A DNA stretch of 64,000 bases from an uncultured delta proteobacterium (GTDB taxonomy: Bacteria; Desulfobacterota; Desulfuromonadia; Geobacterales; DSM-12255): assembly GCA_963787125.1 (NCBI GenBank), contig CAWBBV010000001.1, positions 32,001-96,000 of the forward strand, given 5' to 3'. How positions within the stretch are numbered: position 1 is the stretch's first letter; each line of letters begins with the position of its first letter. Of this stretch, positions 20,610-30,500 are shown one piece after another. The position numbers and the translations under genes are program-made. The notes below the pieces were generated by a model. That model made no database searches. It was not told the DNA's origin and saw nothing but the letters and a program-made list of their open reading frames with translations.

Positions 20610-23600
20610 GTGGGCAGATTAGCCATAATCCTGACATATTGCATCTTTTTTCTCTCCGGAGCAGCAGCCCTGATCTATGAAATAGTCTGGAGCCGTTACT
20701 TGAGCCTTGTTTTCGGCGGCTCGCACCTGGCTGTTACCACCGTGCTTACGGTGTTTATGGGGGGTCTGGCTCTGGGCAGTTACTTAATCGGCAGACGCGT
20801 CGATCGCTCTCACCAACTACTGCGGCTTTATGGTTGTCTGGAACTGGGGGTCGCAGCTGCAGCCCTGCTGTTTGTCGGCCTTTTGCAAATCTATCCGCCG
20901 ATCTATATCAAGCTTGCCCAACTGGTTCCTGAATCCACCCTCTACCTCTCCGCTATTCGCATCACCTTTGCCGTCATTGCCCTGATCATCCCCACAACCC
21001 TTATGGGCGGTACTCTTCCGGTTCTAACGGCATTCACAGCCCGCCTTTTGAGCGGTCCGGGGGTGCGCCTCTCCTTCCTCTACGGCTGCAATACCCTCGG
21101 CGCTGTCTGCGGTGCCGCGGCAACCGGTTTTGTCATGCTGCGCAGCTTTTCCATGGGTATAACCCTGGCTACCGCGGTGGGAATAAATATCTGCGTCGGT
21201 TTGGCCGCTTTTGCCCTGCAACGACTGGTAACAACGGCACCGGCTGCAGAGGCAGCAGCGGAAACGGCCATGGCAAGAGACGATCTCGATTCGGTTTCAA
21301 CGGGGCCTTTGCCTTTCAGGCTGGTACTCTGGGGTATCGGTGTGAGCGGTTTTTGTGCCATGGGGTATGAGGTTCTCTGGAACAGAATTCTGAGCATTGC
21401 CGTTGGCGCCAGCGCCTACGGCTTCACCCTGCTGCTCATGGCCTTTCTTTCTGGCATCGGCCTTGGGAGTGCCGCTTATGGCTTCCTGGGCAGGATCTCC
21501 ACCAGACTGCGCCGCCGGCCTCTCTCCTTGCGCACTGCTGTTACCGCCTTCGGCGCGGTCCAGCTGACAATAGGTCTGACAGCTTTTTTGGCAACGGTGC
21601 AGTTTCGCTATCTCCCTACCTATGTGGCGTTTCTGCATGATTACTTTCTTGCCCTCTTCCCCAAAGTTGATCAGTTCCAGGTAATACAGCTGGCCAATTT
21701 TGTGCTCGCCTTTGCCATCATGTTTATCCCGGCTTTTTTCATGGGGGTGGCCTTTCCCCTTGCCGGAGAGATCCACAGCCGCTGCCGCAGACAGGTCGGC
21801 GCTGCTGTTGGTGAGCTGCTCTCCTTCAACACAGTGGGAGCCATTCTCGGCGCCGGGGTCAGCGGATTTCTCCTTATCTACCTGCTCGGCATCCAGCGCT
21901 CGCTGCAGATCCTTATCCTGATCAACAGCGGCTACGGCCTGCTGCTGATAGTTGCTGCCAAAGGCGACAAAACCCGGCTGCGGCTGGCAATGCTGCTTGC
22001 TTTGGCCGCACTCATGGTGCCGATTGCCGCCCCTGCCGGGTGGCAGCTCTGGGATCCGAAGCTTTATGCCGTCTACCAGTCCAATAAACCCGAAGCCTAC
22101 GGAACTCCTGAAGAGGTCAGCGAGATGCTGGCCAATCTTGACGTCCGTTATTACAGTGAAGGGTCACAGGCCATTGTCAGCGCCGTCCAGTCGGCAGATA
22201 CGCTCTTTTTTATCACCAACGGCAGGGTGGAGGCTTCCAACACCCACCAGGACATGCAGTGCCAGTATGTCCTCGGTCATCTGCCCATGCTGCTCCACAA
22301 AAAGCCGCGGCAGGTCTTTGTTCTTGGTACCGGCAGCGGCATGACCCTGGGGGCGGTTTCGGTGCATCCAGGCGTGGAGAAGATAACCCTGGCTGAAATT
22401 GAGCCGGGGGTGCTGGGTGTGGCCAGGGTCTTCGGCATAGACAATCACTACATCCTCAACAAACCCGACCCGCGGCTGAAAGTTGTTTTCAACGATGGCC
22501 GTAACCACCTGCTGACGACCAAAGACCGCTTCGACGTCATTACCGCCGATCCGGTCCACCCCTGGTTTAGTGGCGCCGGTTATCTTTATTCAACCGAATA
22601 TTTCCGCCTTGCCAGCCAGCGGCTCAATCCCGGCGGCATTATCTGTCAATGGCTCCCCCTATATGAGCTGACTGCCGAGAATCTGCAATCGGTGGTCAGA
22701 ACAATCCGTGAAAACTTCGCCTATACCATGATCTGGGTAACCCACTACGATGCCGAGATTATTGCCAGCAACTCACCTATAATCATCGACGAAGAAGAGC
22801 TGGGGCGGCGTTTTGCAGTTGCAGGCATTGCCGAAGACCTGCGCCAGATCAGGATGGGGAGCCCGGAAGACTTCCTCAGTTATTTTGTTATGGGGAGTGA
22901 AGGCGCCAAAGCTTACAGCCGGGAAGGGCGGATTAATACCGACGATAATCTCTATCTGGAGTTCTCCGCTCCCCGCAGCATCGGCCTGGAGTATCTGCGG
23001 GGTGCCAACCTGGCAGGTCTTCTCCGGCACCGGGAGAAGCTGCTCCCTTACCTGCGCCGCCCGGTGAGCTCCCCGGCCGGCAACCTTCAGACGGCCCGCT
23101 GGGAGGCTAATCATCAGGCAGCGCTGCTGGAAGACAAAGTCCATCTGCTTGATGTCGCCGGCAAGCAGATGACTTACCAGTATACGGACATTGCCACCGA
23201 ACTTGACAATCGCTACCCCCGTTATGCGCCGTGGCGTTTCACCAAAGAGGAGTCGGGTGATGAAAGAGGCGGGGGCACAACTGTTTTGCAGGAATTGGAA
23301 ATTCCCTTGCTGGATGAGCATGAAGCGCCGCTGAAAGGGGCATTAATGGCGGTTCTCGTCCGCAAGAACAGTCGCCAGGCGCGGATTTTTTTCGTTGACG
23401 ATAACACCCGGACAGTCTTCGGCAAGCTGCGGGTAAAGGGATCGGGAAAAGACGCCTACATAGAGAAATTCGTTGCGACTGTTATGCAGGATGCCAAGAA
23501 AATCTACGCTGCCGAGGCGGCACAGGCGACAGCCACCGGGAAGATTGCCCCCTCAATGCTGACCGTATTTCCGAAGATTAAAACGCTGGTGGAGGCCAGG

Positions 23601-23615
23601 ATAGATCGGGAGTAA
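20610..23615 (+). CDS. Fused membrane (MFS-like)/spermidine synthase family protein
   Basis: FFLSGAAALIYEIVW N-terminus with many TM segments, then VLGTGSGMT, AEIEP, NDGRNHL, FDVITADP aminopropyltransferase-fold motifs. Confidence 0.9.
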   Translation: MGRLAIILTYCIFFLSGAAALIYEIVWSRYLSLVFGGSHLAVTTVLTVFMGGLALGSYLIGRRVDRSHQLLRLYGCLELGVAAAALLFVGLLQIYPPIYIKLAQLVPESTLYLSAIRITFAVIALIIPTTLMGGTLPVLTAFTARLLSGPGVRLSFLYGCNTLGAVCGAAATGFVMLRSFSMGITLATAVGINICVGLAAFALQRLVTTAPAAEAAAETAMARDDLDSVSTGPLPFRLVLWGIGVSGFCAMGYEVLWNRILSIAVGASAYGFTLLLMAFLSGIGLGSAAYGFLGRISTRLRRRPLSLRTAVTAFGAVQLTIGLTAFLATVQFRYLPTYVAFLHDYFLALFPKVDQFQVIQLANFVLAFAIMFIPAFFMGVAFPLAGEIHSRCRRQVGAAVGELLSFNTVGAILGAGVSGFLLIYLLGIQRSLQILILINSGYGLLLIVAAKGDKTRLRLAMLLALAALMVPIAAPAGWQLWDPKLYAVYQSNKPEAYGTPEEVSEMLANLDVRYYSEGSQAIVSAVQSADTLFFITNGRVEASNTHQDMQCQYVLGHLPMLLHKKPRQVFVLGTGSGMTLGAVSVHPGVEKITLAEIEPGVLGVARVFGIDNHYILNKPDPRLKVVFNDGRNHLLTTKDRFDVITADPVHPWFSGAGYLYSTEYFRLASQRLNPGGIICQWLPLYELTAENLQSVVRTIRENFAYTMIWVTHYDAEIIASNSPIIIDEEELGRRFAVAGIAEDLRQIRMGSPEDFLSYFVMGSEGAKAYSREGRINTDDNLYLEFSAPRSIGLEYLRGANLAGLLRHREKLLPYLRRPVSSPAGNLQTARWEANHQAALLEDKVHLLDVAGKQMTYQYTDIATELDNRYPRYAPWRFTKEESGDERGGGTTVLQELEIPLLDEHEAPLKGALMAVLVRKNSRQARIFFVDDNTRTVFGKLRVKGSGKDAYIEKFVATVMQDAKKIYAAEAAQATATGKIAPSMLTVFPKIKTLVEARIDRE
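23572..23615 (+). repeat. Direct repeat copy 1 (3' end of spermidine-synthase gene), left island boundary
   Basis: CGAAGATTAAAACGCTGGTGGAGGCCAGGATAGATCGGGAGTAA; 40/44 identical to 36782-36824. Confidence 0.9.
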
Positions 23616-23670
23616 GTGCTGGCGGTCGGGAGTTTATGGGCGGCAGACGGGAGTCAAAGCAGGAATGAGT

Positions 23671-24867
23671 TCACGTCAACGCCCGACGCTGCCTTTTCAG
23701 ATATCCGGCAAATCTCCCAATGCTGCCGTATCTGTGCAGAAGCAGGACGATCAGCTTCAAGCGGAGCTGCCATGGCGGGCTGCTCTGTTCAAGGGGAAAG
23801 CGGAGTTTCACCCCGTCAGCCGAGAACGCATCCAGTGTATGAGCAAGCAGGCGCTTTCCTCCTTCAAGACGGCTTTTTCTTCCGGACACGTCGAACGAGA
23901 CAAGCTTTGCAAAATGTCTGCTCACCTCAGCGTCATCTTTTGGCGTCAGCGGCGTATCAACACCAAACAGCTCACCTGTTGCAAAGAGAAAAGCATTCAC
24001 CGGCAGCAAAATCCCGTTATCCCTGCAGAACTTTTCGATCTCACGCCAATCGGCTGAAGTCCCGTAACGTCTGCAGAGCCAGGCGAAATGGAGCATCTGC
24101 TTCAGATCCAGCATACGCAGCTTGTAGTTTTCGTGGGATATTTCCGAGTGGAGGATGCAGTGGAGCAGTTGATGGCTTGGCGACATGGCAGCAAAGGAGA
24201 GCCCGTCACTCTCCCCCATGGCGCATGTTTGCCAGACATCACGGCTCGCCAGCAGCTGGAGATCACGTACCTCAAAGAGATCCCGGTGAAGCTCCAGGTG
24301 CACCGGCATCCCCTCCCTGACAAGGGGGGCATAATGCTTTGCCTTCCCGTTTTTCCAGAGCGCCACCATTTCCACATAGCTATCCGGGACGATATAACCT
24401 TCTGTTAAAAGCAGGGCGACAGCTTCGTCAGCCCGGCTCTCCGGAACGAGCAGGTCGATATCCATCATGAACCTGTCACCCAGATTCCCGTAAAGCCCGG
24501 TCAAAAGGGCTGCGCCACCCTTGAGGGGCATGGCAGGAATTCCGGCGCTGGCAAGGGTAGCGATAATTTCTTTCAGCTGACCAAGAATTGCTGCGTTGCG
24601 CTCCAGGTTCAGTTGATGCATTGCCTCCAGATACTCAAGAAACTGCTCTGGAAGGAGATTCTGCACCCCCTTGGCAAACACTGCGCTGTAAAGGGCTGGA
24701 GCAAGATTGGCGCAGTTGGCGAGAAAAGCTACCGCTTCCCAGTCGATCCGGTGGCTGTCATGCCCGGTGCAGAGCGGTTTAACAGCCGCTTCGTCCGTAA
24801 AGGGGGATAGTAGCTGGCATAGCAGAAGAAGAGACTGCGGAACCTTAATGCGTGCGGCAACGCTCAC
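23671..24867 (-). CDS. Nucleotidyltransferase family protein (NTP_transf_5-like)
   Basis: PLKGGAAL...R.MMDIDLLVP, LELH, DW motifs typical of RiPP/lasso-associated NTases; start overlaps kinase stop. Confidence 0.85.
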   Translation of the reverse strand: MSVAARIKVPQSLLLLCQLLSPFTDEAAVKPLCTGHDSHRIDWEAVAFLANCANLAPALYSAVFAKGVQNLLPEQFLEYLEAMHQLNLERNAAILGQLKEIIATLASAGIPAMPLKGGAALLTGLYGNLGDRFMMDIDLLVPESRADEAVALLLTEGYIVPDSYVEMVALWKNGKAKHYAPLVREGMPVHLELHRDLFEVRDLQLLASRDVWQTCAMGESDGLSFAAMSPSHQLLHCILHSEISHENYKLRMLDLKQMLHFAWLCRRYGTSADWREIEKFCRDNGILLPVNAFLFATGELFGVDTPLTPKDDAEVSRHFAKLVSFDVSGRKSRLEGGKRLLAHTLDAFSADGVKLRFPLEQSSPPWQLRLKLIVLLLHRYGSIGRFAGYLKRQRRALT

Positions 24868-26048
24868 TTCATCACCCCAGTCCCCTCCAGCAGCGTCAAC
24901 CCCTCGGCGGTCGATGCGTAGGTCAGGGCGTAGCGGTCAAGAGCCGCCAGCCAGTCGATGATGGCACTGACCCGCGTCTCATCAAGATCCGGGAGCTGAT
25001 AACCGGCGTCAAGGATTCTGCTCAGGCTCTGAACGATGCTCAGCCGCTGCGTTGTCCCACTGGTTCCTGCAATGAACTCGGGGAAGATGAGCGCATTGGC
25101 GTGGCAGCTGCTGCCGTTTTGGGCAAAGCGGATTGAGTCCGGCAGGAGGTACCTGATCCTCTGGCCGTCAAAGCGGATATGATCCTGACTGGTCGCCAGT
25201 AGTGGAAAGTCGGGGAGGATTACCGGCCAGCTCCCCTCCTTGATCCCCGGGGCAAGGGGCATGGCAAAAATAGAGCCGTCAGTAGCATCAATCACCAGCG
25301 GCTCATCGCTGACAAGCCCGTAACCTCTTGCAAGGAGCGCCATGGCAAAGGTGCTCTTACCCGCCCCGGATCTACCGGCAAGGAGCAGGCTCCTGCCGTC
25401 AGAACCGCAGACAGCGCTGCCGTGGATGGTGAGCAGATGGGGCTGCTTTTGGTAGGCAAAAACCCGCAGCTGCCCGTAAATGTTTGGCAGAAGCCGCTTC
25501 GCAGCCAGAGGCTCACCGCTCTCCTTACCATTCATCAGAATCTGCCAGACATCCCCTGCCGCCTCAATCGTGACGACAAGCTTCACTGTGTCAGCGGTTG
25601 CTCCAAGAAAGGGGGCGATAAACGGCGTGATCCAGCGCTGCAACAGCTCTTCGTCACCAACAATGGTAAAAACCGTATTAAGCAGAGAGTAGCAGGGGAA
25701 CTCATCAGAAAGGGGAAACTCGCACTGCGGTGAGTTCAGGTAATCGGGGTATTCGCCATCCAGCGGCTCGCTCCCTGCCAGAATGGCGGCCAGTTCCATA
25801 ACCCCCGGCAGCGACTCTTCTGGCAGTTGTAGATCCATGGCAAGATCATGGACGCTCTCCCCCTGCTCAAGGCGCAGCAGCACCACGGTAGCTGTCCGGT
25901 CAAGGCCGTAAAGCTTTTTGCTTTGCTTTGAAAAAAGCACTGACTCTTCCCCCAGAAGGAAAAGAGTCAGGCTATTGTTAAGTGATAATTTTTCACAGAC
26001 GGGCAGAGAAATTTTACAGCCCCCCTGAATCAGACGGAGTTGATGCAC
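24864..26048 (-). CDS. PqqD/RRE-like N-terminal domain fused to HPr-kinase-like P-loop kinase
   Basis: ESVLFSKQSKKLYGLDRTATVVLLRL (RRE-like); IHGSAV, GRSGAGKST, LVSDE (HprK-like). Start uncertain: GTG 26048 or in-frame ATT 26012, 7 nt after a G-rich RBS. Confidence 0.8.
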   Translation of the reverse strand: MHQLRLIQGGCKISLPVCEKLSLNNSLTLFLLGEESVLFSKQSKKLYGLDRTATVVLLRLEQGESVHDLAMDLQLPEESLPGVMELAAILAGSEPLDGEYPDYLNSPQCEFPLSDEFPCYSLLNTVFTIVGDEELLQRWITPFIAPFLGATADTVKLVVTIEAAGDVWQILMNGKESGEPLAAKRLLPNIYGQLRVFAYQKQPHLLTIHGSAVCGSDGRSLLLAGRSGAGKSTFAMALLARGYGLVSDEPLVIDATDGSIFAMPLAPGIKEGSWPVILPDFPLLATSQDHIRFDGQRIRYLLPDSIRFAQNGSSCHANALIFPEFIAGTSGTTQRLSIVQSLSRILDAGYQLPDLDETRVSAIIDWLAALDRYALTYASTAEGLTLLEGTGVMK

Positions 26049-26211
26049 ACGCCCTCTTTGCCGTAGTTGGCGACATCAACAGATAAACCCCAACCGCACT
26101 CCCGACGGCATATTTGCCAAAGCGCTTGATGAACTCCCGCCGCACCATTTCAGGGGATTTCTCAGCATCAGCCCCTTCTGTTTTACTGTTTTCATTCGCT
26201 TCAATCATCAC
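26014..26211 (-). CDS. 65-aa putative precursor peptide with twin-arginine-like leader
   Basis: GGAGG RBS; RREFIK, hydrophobic stretch, A-C-A then short Ser/Thr-rich tail STPSDSGGL; directly upstream of RRE-kinase. Confidence 0.75.
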   Translation of the reverse strand: MMIEANENSKTEGADAEKSPEMVRREFIKRFGKYAVGSAVGVYLLMSPTTAKRACASTPSDSGGL

Positions 26212-26219
26212 AGATCCTC

Positions 26220-26615
26220 CTATTTTGCCACATCACTTCGGATAGCAGGTTTTTTGACAGCTTGCTTCATGGTTACAGTCACAGGTGTGGACAATCCCCC
26301 TACGAAACCATCCCTTTTAGCGGCAACCGCAAAGGTGAGCTGCTCTGCGCTGCCAGTTTCAGTAAAAAGGTAATCAGTCTGCGACCCGTGGAGGTCAATC
26401 CAGCGGGAATCAGGAAGCAGCCTGTCCCCGCTCTCAAAATATACCCGGTAACTCGCACCTAGTCTTACCGGCCTCCAGGAAAGCATAACCCCGTCACCCG
26501 TTTGTACCCCTTTGAGCGCAGTAACTTTCTCAGATCCGTGCCTGTGCCCAAACGGAGACGCAAACAGACTGGTTGCCGTGAAGATCATCAATATTGTTAA
26601 AATCAATTTTTTCAT
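26220..26615 (-). CDS. Secreted single FN3-like domain protein
   Basis: Sec signal MKKLILTILMIFTATSLFA; VMLSW...A.YRVY...TDY...LTFAVAA FN3 pattern. Confidence 0.7.
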   Translation of the reverse strand: MKKLILTILMIFTATSLFASPFGHRHGSEKVTALKGVQTGDGVMLSWRPVRLGASYRVYFESGDRLLPDSRWIDLHGSQTDYLFTETGSAEQLTFAVAAKRDGFVGGLSTPVTVTMKQAVKKPAIRSDVAK

Positions 26616-26632
26616 CTACCCCTCCGGTAAAG

Positions 26633-27496
26633 CTAGTTGTTGATTACAGTTTTGAGTCTTCTGCCTTCCTGATCGTAATAGGTGAGGCCGGGATTGCCGG
26701 GGATAAGCAGTGAAACCCCTGAACTGCCACGGGCAGCGTCAACATCGGTTTTGATATAGAACCTGACCACCAGTTCGGCAACAGCACTGTTTGGGGTGTA
26801 ATCCCAGCTGAAGTAGAACTTTTTGGTACGGCTGCCGTTGAATGCCCAGTCTCCGGCTACTGAGGAGAGCGGAAGCAGACTGCCTGATGTGGCAAGCTTT
26901 TCACCATAGCTGTTGCCGCAACTGCCAGCAGCTTTGCCGCTGCAATCAAAGATGGCAACCTCGGAGAGGTAGCTGGCATCATACCCCTCCAGAGTCCAGG
27001 AAATGGTGGCCTGGTTATTTCTCGTCATGACAGGAACCGTTGCTGCGGCAAGCACAGCCGGCATCCGCTGCTGCGCCTCTGCAAGCGGGGCGGCACTGTT
27101 GGTCAGCCAAGCGGTAAGCACCGGCGTATTTGTGGAGCTGGATGACACCTGCAACAGCGCACTCTTTGTCCCCTGGCTGGCAGGTTTGAAACTGACTGAA
27201 ACCGTGCAGCTAGCGTGGGCCGCCAGAGTGCCGGTGCAACTGTGCGGATGAAGGTCAAACTCTGCCGGATTTATCCCGGCAAGGGCAATACCGCTTACGT
27301 TCATGGCTGTCCCGGTAAGATTTGTAATGGTAAAATCCACCGGTGTTGAATCATTTCCAAGGGCTGTCACCGGAAACTGCCTCACCGCCGGATAGATGGC
27401 GATCTGGCTGTCCTGAACAACATCGGCTGCCGATGCCGGAGTGACAGATGCGTTGCAACTGAATATCAGAAATGCTGCAAGAATATACTTTTTCAT
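26633..27496 (-). CDS. Secreted protein: choice-of-anchor-D/ASH-like Ig domain plus C-terminal domain shared with upstream adhesin
   Basis: Sec signal; FTITN.G...C...LA...SCTVSVSFKP...G.KSA.L motif; C-terminal half aligns by eye to adhesin C-terminus. Confidence 0.8.
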   Translation of the reverse strand: MKKYILAAFLIFSCNASVTPASAADVVQDSQIAIYPAVRQFPVTALGNDSTPVDFTITNLTGTAMNVSGIALAGINPAEFDLHPHSCTGTLAAHASCTVSVSFKPASQGTKSALLQVSSSSTNTPVLTAWLTNSAAPLAEAQQRMPAVLAAATVPVMTRNNQATISWTLEGYDASYLSEVAIFDCSGKAAGSCGNSYGEKLATSGSLLPLSSVAGDWAFNGSRTKKFYFSWDYTPNSAVAELVVRFYIKTDVDAARGSSGVSLLIPGNPGLTYYDQEGRRLKTVINN

Positions 27497-27507
27497 AGTT
27501 CTCTCCT

Positions 27508-30500
27508 TTACGGTGCAACCGCATGCTTCAGCCGTCTGCCGCTGAGGTCGTAGTATTCAGTGCCTGATTGCAGCAGGTTCCCAGGGATCAGGAGCGAAAG
27601 GCTCCCTTTTCCGGCGGCATCGTCTGCTGCGGTTTTACGGTAGAAGCGGATGACCATGTCAGTTGCCGATGCCGGAGCCGTGAAGGTGTAACTGTAGTTG
27701 AACTGATTTGAGGTAACACCGTTATAACTCCAGCTGCTTGCGTTTGTGCTGACGGCCGGGAGATTTCCCGAGTCGGAAAAATTGCTGGCAAAGCTGTCAC
27801 CGCAGGTTCCGGCTGGAACCCCTGCACAGTTGAACAGCGCAATCCGTGAGAGGTAATCGTCGTCATAGCCAAGCAGCGACCAGGTGATGGTGTACTGCTG
27901 ACCGGGTTGGATCGTGGTTGGAATATTCAGTGCTGAAAGCACCGACGGAATCCGTCTGGCGGCCTCCTCCTGAAGCGTCTCATGGTTATAAAGGAATGCT
28001 GTGACTGTCATGCCGTCATGGGGGATCTCAAGCTGGGCTGATTTTGACCCCTGGGTAGCAGCACCCGGACAGAACTTGACGCCAACTGTACAGCTTGCGC
28101 CAGCGGCAACTGCCTGGCTTGAGCAGTTATCCCCCGAAATTGTGTACTCGGCAGCATCATTCCCCCCTTTGCCCACAGTGCCAAAGGTAACGGAAGCAGC
28201 CGATCTGTTGGTGACAGTGAACGGAATCTCCCCGCTACAGCTACCTTGCGCCACCACACCAAACAGATGGCGATCAGGCGAAACTGCAATGGCGGTATCA
28301 AGGGCTGAGAGGCTGCTGATGTTGGCAGCGGCGGCAACCGTCATGGTAAAGCTCTGGTTGGCATTCCCCTGGCTGTTTGTGGCAATGATGAAAATGGCAA
28401 AACTTCCACTTACATTGGGTGTACCGGAGATGGTGGCCGTGCCGTTGCCATTGTCATGGAAGCTGACACCGGCTGGCAGAGCGCCTGTACGTTTAAGCGC
28501 AGCCGTGGGGTTGCCGGTGGCGTTTACGGTGAAGCTGCTGCCGACGCCGTAGTTCCAGCTGGCGCTGTTGGCGGATGTGATGGCAGGAGCCGCCAACGCA
28601 GCAGCAGTGGTAAAGGTCTGGTCAGCGCCATTGGTTGTGCCGGAGAGGCTGCTGGCAACGGCACGGAAATGGTACGTGGTTAAAGCTGTCAGGCCGGAGA
28701 CAGCAAGGGAGACCGGAGTATTGGTCACGCCGGAGACTGTTGCTGGCGAAGCCGCAATACAGCCGCTGCCGTAGGAGGCGGTCGCTCCATACTCGAAACA
28801 GACCGTACTGTCGGCATTATTGGCATTCACCGTCCCGTTCATGGTGGCGGCGGAGGTGGTAACGCCACTGACTGCATCGGTGGTGACGGTCGGCACAGGA
28901 ATGTAAGTAAACATGATCATCTCGCTACTTATGCCGCCTGGTGAAGTGACGACCACGCTATTGTTTGGCCCCGTGCCAGCCGGTGTGGTGAGTGTAATCT
29001 GAGAGTCACTGACAACTACAACATTCGAAGCTGCTGCTCCGCCAATGGTGACTCCGGTCGTTCCGGTGAAGCTCGTGCCGGTGATGGTTACGCTGGTTCC
29101 CCCGGCAGCAGTCCCGCTTGACGGCGAGATACCGGTAATGACCGGAACCTCAGTTAGATCATTGATGGTAATGGTGAAGGCCTTCTCGAAGTACAGCCCA
29201 CCCTGGTCAGTGCTGCGAACCCGGACAGAGTAACTGCTCTTGACCTCATAGTTCGGGCTGTTGGTTATCCGCAGATTATCGACGCTGATATTGAAGGAGG
29301 CGTTGTCGGTGCTGCCGGTGCCGCTGACGAGGGTGTAGGTGAAGGTGTTACCTGCATCCGGGTCGGTGGTGCTCAGGGTGCCTACGGTGGAGTTGGCCGC
29401 CACGTTCTCGTCGATTGAGCTGGCAGAAAAGCTGATGTCGGTCGGGGTAGAGTTATAGGTAAACAGGCCGGCGCCAGTACCAGTGCCGCCGGGTGTGGTG
29501 ACCGCCACATCTCTGACTCCGAGCGTGCCGACTGGCGTGGTGGCCGTTATAGTGGTGGCGTTGACTACCGTTATCCCGGCGGCGGCACTGCCGCCAATGG
29601 TGACGCTCGTCGCCCCGGTGAAGTCGGTGCCGCTAATGGTGACAGTGGTTCCGCCAAGAGGAGATCCGCTGGCAGGTAGAATGCTGCTGACAGTCGGCGC
29701 AGGAATGTAGGTGAACAGGGTAGTCCCGCTACTGAAACCGCCCGGTGATTTAACGACCACACTGTTGTTTGAGCCTGTGCCAGCCGGTGTAGATAGGGTA
29801 ATCTGAGTGTCACTGACAACTATTACGTTAGTTGCTGCTGCTCCGCCAAAGGTGACTCCGGTCGTTCCGGTGAAGCTCGTGCCAGTGAGGGTTACGCTGG
29901 TTCCCCCGGCAGCGGGTCCACTTGGCTGCGAGATACTGAAAATGACCGGAGTCTCCAGCAGATCATTGATGGCGATGGCGAAGGGCTTTTCGAAGTATAA
30001 TCCGCTCTGATCGGTGCTGCGGATACGGACGGAATAGCTGTTTTTCACCTCGTAGTTGGGACTGCTCGTGATCCGCAGGCTGCTGCCGCTGATGTTGAAG
30101 GAGGCGTTGTCCGTAGATCCGGCTCCGGACACAAGGGTGTAGCTGAAGGTTCCTCCATCCGGGTCGGTGGTGCTCAGGGTGCCCACGGTGGTGTTGGCAA
30201 TGACGTTTTCGTCGATTGAGCTGGCAGACAGGGCGATGTCGGTTGGGGCTGCGTTGCATGCTCCGGTCGTGAAGGTGGCATCCGAGCCGTTGCTGGTGCC
30301 ACCGGTGCTGATCCCTTTAGCCCGGAAGTGGTAGGTGGTGTTGCAGGTTAGTCCCGACACAGCTGCCGAGACCGCTGTATTCGAAGCGCCGCTAACCGGG
30401 CTCTGGCTGGCGGTTATTGAACTGCCATAACCGGTGGTCAACCCGTAGTCGAAGGTAACGGTGCTACTGTAGCCGTTGGCGTTAACCGTGCCGTTCAGGG

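Noticed and set aside
23616..24320. 234-aa plus-strand ORF right after the spermidine-synthase stop
   Set aside because: Antisense to the well-supported nucleotidyltransferase; composition not protein-like
23671..26211. Lasso peptide cluster
   Set aside because: No asparagine-synthetase-like cyclase or B2 protease; peptide lacks a YxxP leader motif and a plausible ring-forming core
26633..27560. T9SS C-terminal sorting signal (YYDLSGRRL resembles YDLxGR)
   Set aside because: Motif is at the extreme C-terminus without the downstream GxY/K elements, and T9SS is not expected in this lineage; kept only as an unknown domain
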